From IMG/VR virus record IMGVR_UViG_2671180680_000004: DNA of 4,579 nucleotides, one strand, 5' to 3'. A program made the translations under genes and the position numbers. This DNA comes from a virus (Duplodnaviria; Heunggongvirae; Uroviricota; Caudoviricetes). Shown one piece after another: positions 1-4,579 of the stretch (position 1 is the stretch's first letter; each line of letters begins with the position of its first letter). The notes under the pieces are model-generated. The model was not told the origin of the DNA. It ran no database searches and saw nothing but the letters and a program-made list of their open reading frames with translations.

Positions 1-28
1 AGGGACAGCTGATAGAAACAGAAGCCAC
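1..28 (-). CDS. insA: IS1 InsA (transposition inhibitor / transposase N-terminal protein), first 9 codons only; partial, runs off the window
   Basis: Minus strand from 28 reads GTG GCT TCT GTT TCT ATC AGC TGT CCC, giving (M)ASVSISCP, the known InsA N-terminus with a GTG start. Truncated by the window edge. Confidence 0.7.
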
Positions 29-60
29 TGGAGCACCTCAAAAACACCATCATACACTAA

Positions 61-83
61 ATCAGTAAGTTGGCAGCATCACC
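61..83 (-). repeat. IS1 left terminal inverted repeat (about 23 bp)
   Basis: Minus-strand 83..61 reads GGTGATGCTGCCAACTTACTGAT, the canonical IS1 end sequence. Flanking non-IS DNA begins at 84 (gttttaacg...). Confidence 0.8.
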
Positions 84-260
84 GTTTTAACGTTACTAAT
101 AAATCGTGAAACAATCTCCTCATTTGTTAGTATTTTCGCCTGAGCACAGCAAGAGGTTAATATTGCAACCGTCATTAAAAATGGCTTTATCACAAAACAA
201 ACTCCATTGTTAGCATGTTACGCGATAATTTTGCCTCATCTTTCACCACAAAAAAAGAAC

Positions 261-2203
261 TCACCTTTTAAATGGAGAATACCCAACATCATGGGTGATT
301 TTCATAAAGGGATCGCCTGTTTTCGGCAAATCGATAACGCGCATTCCAGGCGGCGCGTTGTCAAACGTCACCTTAAGTTCGCTGCGGGTTGCCGGTGAAG
401 ATGCAAGGCTTAACAGCTGATTCCTTTCCAGTGATACATTCGGGGTGTAGCGTTTATCGGGAGATAAATACCCATCACCACGTGGCATCTGCCATCCGGT
501 CATGTCATAGACAAAATCATGGAACTGTTTGCCCCACTCGTCGAACTTATCATTCAGACCAAATCCACTGTTCAGTGCATCAGCCACAAAATTTTTAACA
601 AGCCAGGGATGTGCTTTTTCAAACTCCTGCGCCATCATGCCCAGTTCAAGCAATCCACCAATCAGACTGATCTTTCCGAGGCCCTTTAATTTCAGCCCTG
701 TTTTTCCTGCCGCCGTTGTCCATTGATTCTGGGCGACTGTTGCCGCACGAATACTTGCCACCGCCTTCACACCAATATACAGGGCAGAAACCGTTGCTAT
801 TGTTTTTACTGCCTGTTCCCATCCCCCCATTGCTCTGACAACCTGATCAACCTCCTGCCAGACTTTTTTCACAACCGGACCGACCGTTTCCCAGTTATCA
901 ATTATGAGATATGCACCACCGACGAGAAGCGCAATTAATCCCTTTGCCGGCGTCATATTCATCACGCTACCCATGATTTTTGTTATGCGTGTCAATGTGC
1001 CAATCGCCACGCCCATCGTCAGTAATGCCGCACCAGTTTTCGCGATGGTTTTTACGACCTCAGGATTTTCTCTGACAAACGTGCGCACTTCTTCCAGAAA
1101 AGGCTTCATCTCTTTTATGCCTTCATTGAGTGAAGGCAGGAAGGTTTCCCCCAGCGTGNNNNNNNNNNNNNNNNNNNNNNNNNNNNNNNNNNNNNNNNNN
1201 NNNNNNNNNNNNNNNNNNNNNNNNNNNNNNNNNNNNNNNNNNNNNNNNNNNNNNNNNNNNNNNNNNNNNNNNNNNNNNNNNNNNNNNNNNNNNNNNNNNN
1301 NNNNNNNNNNNNNNNNNNNNNNNNNNNNNNNNNNNNNNNNNNNNNNNNNNNNNNNNNNNNNNNNNNNNNNNNNNNNNNNNNNNNNNNNNNNNNNNNTACG
1401 TGCAGCATGGCCCCGCGGGCGTCTTTCTGCATATCCGCCGCCAGTTTTTTCGGGCTAATGCGCAACGAGCGGAGCACTTTTTTCTGCGATTTGGTGGCAG
1501 AATCCCTCGCTGTCAGCGACAACATAAAATTCTTTATCCCCGTCGCAGCAATTTCTGACTCCACCCCCATTCCGGCAATGGTTGCCCCCATTGCGGCAAT
1601 CTCTCCGGAGGCCACACCCGCAACACTGCCTAAAGGGCCAATACGGGTCACAACATCAGAAATCTTTTTCGCACTTGCAGGACCGGTATTACCAAGATAG
1701 TTAATCTTATCCGCAAGCCCTGCCACCTCTCCCTGTGTCAGTTTAAAGGCAGTGCGCCACTGCGCCATCATCTGACCGGATTCTTCTGCCGTGGTGTCAA
1801 AGGCCACGCCCATCTTCACGGCATCGTCAGTAAACTGCATCAGCTCGTCACGGGCGATACCAGCCTGACCACCCGCCGCCACAATTTCGGCGATACCTTC
1901 CGCCGACATGGGCAGTTCTGTTGACAGGTCGCGCACCTGCTCCGTCATTGCCTTAAACGCTTCCGGCGTATCCAGACCATCCACCACTTTCCGGACATCC
2001 GCCATTTTTGATTCAAGGGCAATGGCAGATTTGACCGGGAGCGCCAGCGCCCCCAGTACTGCGGTTCCGGCACCCGCTGCGCCCAGTAACAGGCTGGCAA
2101 ACTCCTTTTTAAAACCTTTCAGCTGGCGCTGCATTCCCTTCAGCGGTGCCGATACCTTATCCACGGCAGTGATGATCGCCTTCAGCTGAAAACTGTCAGC
2201 CAT
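261..2203 (-). CDS. Phage tail tape measure protein; interior masked (1159..1396); the two visible halves are not in the same frame at the displayed gap length, so it may be frameshifted
   Basis: N-terminal half (2203..1397) translates to MADSFQLKAIITAVDKV...AAMGATIAGMGVESEIAATGIKNFMLSL..., typical of the conserved tape measure N-terminal core. C-terminal half is open from the mask edge (1157) to the TGA at 263..261 (...TLGETFLPSLNEGIKEMKPFLEEV...KITHDVGYSPFKR) and is rich in Gly/Ala/hydrophobic segments as in tape measure C-terminal regions. Start ATG 2203..2201 is preceded by GAGGAG (2216..2211) with a 7-nt spacer. Position directly after the chaperone gene is canonical. The listed ORF end at 1115 (RWGKPSCLHSMKA*) is an artefact of reading the N-terminal frame through the mask. 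Confidence 0.85.
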
Positions 2204-2339
2204 GCTTCATCTCCTCGTTAATGCGGACGGCCTCGGCTTCCAGTTCTGTAAACTGCGAAACAGCCCCCCGTCGCAGCTCCAGTGGATTCAGTTTCCAGAA
2301 CCAGGCAACATTGTAGAGTCGTTTCCGGAGGTGCTTCCC
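2196..2339 (-). CDS. -1 frame extension of the tail assembly chaperone (GT-like / E+E'-like product) or a second small tail-assembly ORF; 5' end lies in the masked region
   Basis: The frame that is -1 relative to the 2608 ORF is open from the mask edge to TGA 2198..2196 (GKHLRKRLYNVAWFWKLNPLELRRGAVSQFTELEAEAVRINEEMKHG*). It overlaps the upstream ORF's stop and ends 8 nt inside the tape measure start, the layout expected for a frameshift extension. The ATG at 2708 given in the ORF track lies inside the tube gene and is not a credible start. Confidence 0.4.
   Translation of the reverse strand, partial: GKHLRKRLYNVAWFWKLNPLELRRGAVSQFTELEAEAVRINEEMKHG
2211..2216 (-). promoter_or_regulatory. Shine-Dalgarno (GAGGAG) for the tape measure gene
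   Basis: Minus strand reads taacGAGGAGatgaagcATG: a perfect SD 7 nt upstream of the ATG at 2203..2201. Confidence 0.65.
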
Positions 2340-2608
2340 GNNNNNNNNNNNNNNNNNNNNNNNNNNNNNNNNNNNNNNNNNNNNNNNNNNNNNNNNNNNN
2401 NNNNNNNNNNNNNNNNNNNNNNNNNNNNNNNNNNNNNNNNNNNNNNNNNNNNNNNNNNNNNNNNNNNNNNNNNNNNNNNNNNNNNNNNNNNNNNNNNNNN
2501 NNNNNNNNNNNNNNNNNNNNNNNNNNNNNNNNNNNNNNNNNNNNNNNNNNNNNNNNNNNNNNNNNNNNNNNNNNNNNNNNNNNNNNNNNNNNTAACGTTC
2601 ATTGCCAT
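2288..2608 (-). CDS. Tail assembly chaperone (lambda G-like / P2 E-like position), upstream ORF; interior masked
   Basis: ATG at 2608..2606 overlaps the tube stop (minus strand TAATGGCAATGAACG) and is preceded by GGGAGGG (2623..2617) with an 8-nt spacer. Frame is readable as MAMNV before the mask and ...GSTSGNDSTMLPGSGN* after it, ending at TGA 2290..2288. The mask is 252 nt (a multiple of 3), so the frame is consistent if the mask preserves length; stops inside the mask cannot be excluded. Position between tube and tape measure is the canonical chaperone location. Confidence 0.5.
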   Translation of the reverse strand: MAMNVXXXXXXXXXXXXXXXXXXXXXXXXXXXXXXXXXXXXXXXXXXXXXXXXXXXXXXXXXXXXXXXXXXXXXXXXXXXXXXXXXXXXXGSTSGNDSTMLPGSGN

Positions 2609-2964
2609 TACTGATACCCTCCCTCTTCGCCGTGGAATTCAAGATCTGCCGTGCCTTCTTCGGCATTATGATTAGCCTCTCCGTGCAGCCATGCCGCCGA
2701 AAGCACATACACCATGCCGTTTGCCAGCTCAGCGGTAATCGTCATCTGGTCTGAGGTGGTAATTTTGTCGACCGGAAAGTTTTTGGGCACTTTAAACGTG
2801 CCCTTAACGTAAGGTGACCGCCAGGTCTCCTTGTAATCCACATCCCCTGCCATGCCGACGATGTCATCCCGGACATTGGTGTTCATCGGCACTTCAATGC
2901 CACCTGTCAGCGATAACTGCTGACCATCCACTTTAAAAAAACAGGTTCCGGCGATCTTTGCCAT
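2608..2964 (-). CDS. Phage tail tube protein (Mu gpM-like size, 118 aa)
   Basis: Intact 118-aa ORF (MAKIAGTCFFKVDGQQLSLTGGIEVPMNTNV...EFHGEEGGYQ*). ATG 2964..2962 overlaps the sheath stop TAA 2966..2964 (TAATG) and is preceded by GAGGAG (2978..2973) with an 8-nt spacer. Small acidic protein immediately downstream of the sheath is the standard tube position. Family call rests on context and size, not a search. Confidence 0.75.
   Translation of the reverse strand: MAKIAGTCFFKVDGQQLSLTGGIEVPMNTNVRDDIVGMAGDVDYKETWRSPYVKGTFKVPKNFPVDKITTSDQMTITAELANGMVYVLSAAWLHGEANHNAEEGTADLEFHGEEGGYQ
2617..2623 (-). promoter_or_regulatory. Shine-Dalgarno (GGGAGGG) for the tail assembly chaperone gene
   Basis: Minus strand reads gaagaGGGAGGGtatcagtaATG; it sits inside the 3' end of the tube gene, consistent with translational coupling. 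Confidence 0.55.
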
Positions 2965-4499
2965 TATGCTGACTCCTCTGAATACTGAAGACGGAACTGG
3001 TTAACCACCGCAAAGACACGTAACTGATTAACATAATCCGGCGGGAACAGCGTATTCAGTCGGTTCGGGTTATCTGCATCACGCTCAACTATCAGATACT
3101 GTTTAAACAGATCGTAATTTTCCACAATACCGGCACGCTCCATCTGACGATATGTCGCCAGAAGTTCCCCTTTGATAACGGCAGGAGTGACAATCGCCTG
3201 CCCCGGACCAAAACGGGTACCATCATTTGCCAGCTTGTGACGTCCGTACTTGCTTGTGATGACCGATTTCAGTTTGCGAAGAACATATGCACTGGTATGC
3301 AGAGTTTCACTGTCCAGATAGCTGTTGTCTGCCACGCCATACGCATTCTTTTTGTAGGTGGTTACGGAACGCTGGATCTGCAACGTGCCGCCTTCCACAT
3401 AAGCCGTCGCCACGCCGTGAGATAAAAGGGTCTGCTGCTCTGTCATGATGAATCGCTTACCTTTCGGTGCCGGAAGCATCCCCACCAGCTCCCCCGTCTG
3501 TGTCGGACGGGCAGGATCATTCCGGATAAATACCGCTTCACGGGCAAGGCGACTGGCAACCAGTTCATCGACAGGCGACTGGGTTTCTTTTTCGTAACCG
3601 GCAAGCGTGATATGTTGCTGATTATGCATATCTCCGGCACCAACCAGCTCTGACAGCGTTCCCAGTTTTGCGGTATAGCCATGCCCGTATAACTGGCGCG
3701 CATAACTCCAGCGACCGCTGCTGTCATTCATTTCGGTCATCATCATATTGATGGAGNNNNNNNNNNNNNNNNNNNNNNNNNNNNNNNNNNNNNNNNNNNN
3801 NNNNNNNNNNNNNNNNNNNNNNNNNNNNNNNNNNNNNNNNNNNNNNNNNNNNNNNNNNNNNNNNNNNNNNNNNNNNNNNNNNNNNNNNNNNNNNNNNNNN
3901 NNNNNNNNNNNNNNNNNNNNNNNNNNNNNNNNNNNNNNNNNNNNNNNNNNNNNNNNNNNNNNNNNNNNNNNNNNNNNNNNNNNNNNNNNNNNNNNNNNNN
4001 NNNNNNNNNNNNNNNNNNNNNNNNNNNNNNNNNNNNNNAACGGCAGGGTGATAACCCCGTTTACCGCTTCCTTAATCGCGGTGGCAACCGCAGTGGCATC
4101 ATCGCCATTCACCACAGGCACCTGTACACGGGAGCGCCCGACATACAGACTCAGGGTGCCGCTTTCCTCTGCTTCTCCGGCAACCGTCACCCTGACCGTC
4201 GCCGCCGCCCCTCTGGCTTCCGGTACTGCAATAACATACAGTTCACCGAAAGGATCTGTCTGACGGTAGACTTCCACCATACGCGCCAGCTGGCTCCCCG
4301 CCCCACAAATCTGGCGGGCATAATCTGCCGATGGCATCAGCACCAGGCTGTTAACCTCAATGGCTGCATCGTTGCTGGCATGCCCGATCAGTAATGCAGG
4401 CGCGCTGGTCACCGCTGTATTTGCCGCAGAATTGTTCATCTCGGCGTAGAACAACGGCACCAGCGTATTCGACGGAACAGTATTAAAACTTATCGTCAT
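2964..4499 (-). CDS. Phage contractile tail sheath protein (Mu gpL-like size, 511 aa); interior masked 3757..4038
   Basis: Long ORF, ATG 4499..4497 to TAA 2966..2964. Frame is conserved on both sides of a 282-nt mask (multiple of 3). Upstream AAGG at 4512..4509 with a 9-nt spacer. Size about 500 aa, followed directly by a coupled 118-aa tube gene, chaperone and tape measure, which is the diagnostic myovirus tail gene order. Protein begins MTISFNTVPSNTLVPLFYAEMNNS... and ends ...VVNQFRLQYSEESA. Confidence 0.85.
   Translation of the reverse strand: MTISFNTVPSNTLVPLFYAEMNNSAANTAVTSAPALLIGHASNDAAIEVNSLVLMPSADYARQICGAGSQLARMVEVYRQTDPFGELYVIAVPEARGAAATVRVTVAGEAEESGTLSLYVGRSRVQVPVVNGDDATAVATAIKEAVNGVITLPXXXXXXXXXXXXXXXXXXXXXXXXXXXXXXXXXXXXXXXXXXXXXXXXXXXXXXXXXXXXXXXXXXXXXXXXXXXXXXXXXXXXXXXXXXXXXXXSINMMMTEMNDSSGRWSYARQLYGHGYTAKLGTLSELVGAGDMHNQQHITLAGYEKETQSPVDELVASRLAREAVFIRNDPARPTQTGELVGMLPAPKGKRFIMTEQQTLLSHGVATAYVEGGTLQIQRSVTTYKKNAYGVADNSYLDSETLHTSAYVLRKLKSVITSKYGRHKLANDGTRFGPGQAIVTPAVIKGELLATYRQMERAGIVENYDLFKQYLIVERDADNPNRLNTLFPPDYVNQLRVFAVVNQFRLQYSEESA
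2973..2978 (-). promoter_or_regulatory. Shine-Dalgarno (GAGGAG) for the tail tube gene, embedded in the last codons of the sheath gene
   Basis: Minus strand reads tcaGAGGAGtcagcaTAATGG: the SD is encoded within sheath codons S-E-E-S-A-stop. Confidence 0.6.
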
Positions 4500-4579
4500 G
4501 ATTTTTTAGCCTTATCCTTGAGGTGTACTGGCAATAGCGGACACTACCATTTGTTCTTTTTTTAAGCAGCCATCTGATG

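Larger units (their letters stand above)
1..83 (-). mobile_element. IS1 insertion sequence, left end (terminal inverted repeat plus insA 5' region); element continues beyond the window start
   Basis: Reverse complement of 1..83 reads GGTGATGCTGCCAACTTACTGATTTAGTGTATGATGGTGTTTTTGAGGTGCTCCAGTGGCTTCTGTTTCTATCAGCTGTCCCT, which matches the left end of IS1 as I recall it. The IS1 outer terminus is at window position 83. Recognition is from memory, not a database search. Confidence 0.85.

Noticed and set aside
84-260. Small plus- and minus-strand micro-ORFs in the junction region (for example MRRLFHDLLVTLKR from 123, MALSQNKLHC from 181 on the plus strand)
   Set aside because: 10-20 codons, no ribosome-binding sites, and no support beyond chance occurrence in AT-rich DNA.
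244-263. T-run (TTCTTTTTTT on the minus strand) right after the tape measure stop as a possible intrinsic terminator
   Set aside because: No GC-rich inverted repeat or stem precedes the T-run, so it is not a convincing rho-independent terminator.
1115-1158. C-terminal tail RWGKPSCLHSMKA* of the listed 362-aa ORF (1115..2203)
   Set aside because: Artefact of carrying the N-terminal tape measure frame through the mask. The protein-like, stop-free frame after the mask is the one ending at 261.
2609-2708. 5' portion of the listed 170-aa ORF (2196..2708), with its ATG at 2708
   Set aside because: This start lies inside the tube gene in another frame, and the frame only appears continuous because it crosses the mask. 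Only the part after the mask (2339..2196) is plausibly translated, as the chaperone -1 extension.
3443-3727. Minus-strand 94-aa ORF inside the sheath gene in an alternative frame
   Set aside because: Fully nested out of frame within the sheath coding sequence. Arg/Trp/Cys-rich, low-complexity translation typical of an off-frame read of a real gene.
207-4263. Plus-strand ORFs from the six-frame track (207..398, 389..598, 529..726, 723..938, 904..1458, 1130..1558, 1407..1700, 1908..2189, 2202..2675, 2282..2614, 3237..3425, 3748..4263)
   Set aside because: All lie antisense to the strongly supported minus-strand tail genes. Several are open only because they run through N-masked blocks. None has a convincing ribosome-binding site or protein-like composition; they are typical shadow ORFs.
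1-4579. CRISPR arrays, tRNA or rRNA genes, integrase or attachment-site signatures
   Set aside because: No spaced direct repeats, no cloverleaf-like conserved tRNA motifs, and no recombinase-sized ORF were seen in the unmasked sequence.

Overview
All convincing coding capacity in this window is on the minus strand and forms the core of a contractile-tail (myovirus-type) prophage morphogenesis operon, read from high to low coordinates: tail sheath (4499..2964), tail tube (2964..2608), a tail assembly chaperone region with the classic -1 frame arrangement (2608..2196), and the tail tape measure protein (2203..261). The sheath and tube sizes (511 aa, 118 aa) and the roughly 650-aa tape measure fit a Mu-like or SfV-like tail module; that family assignment is from memory and inference, not a search. 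The operon is cut off at the left edge by the terminal 83 bp of an IS1 insertion sequence (1..83, element continuing beyond the window), so the genes expected after the tape measure are absent and the prophage is probably defective. Three N-masked blocks (1159..1396, 2341..2592, 3757..4038) hide the middle of the tape measure, most of the chaperone and part of the sheath. No CRISPR array, tRNA, rRNA, or defence/toxin system is visible in the unmasked sequence. I see no evidence here for a novel system; the points worth a second look are the IS1 truncation and the frame relationships across the masks.
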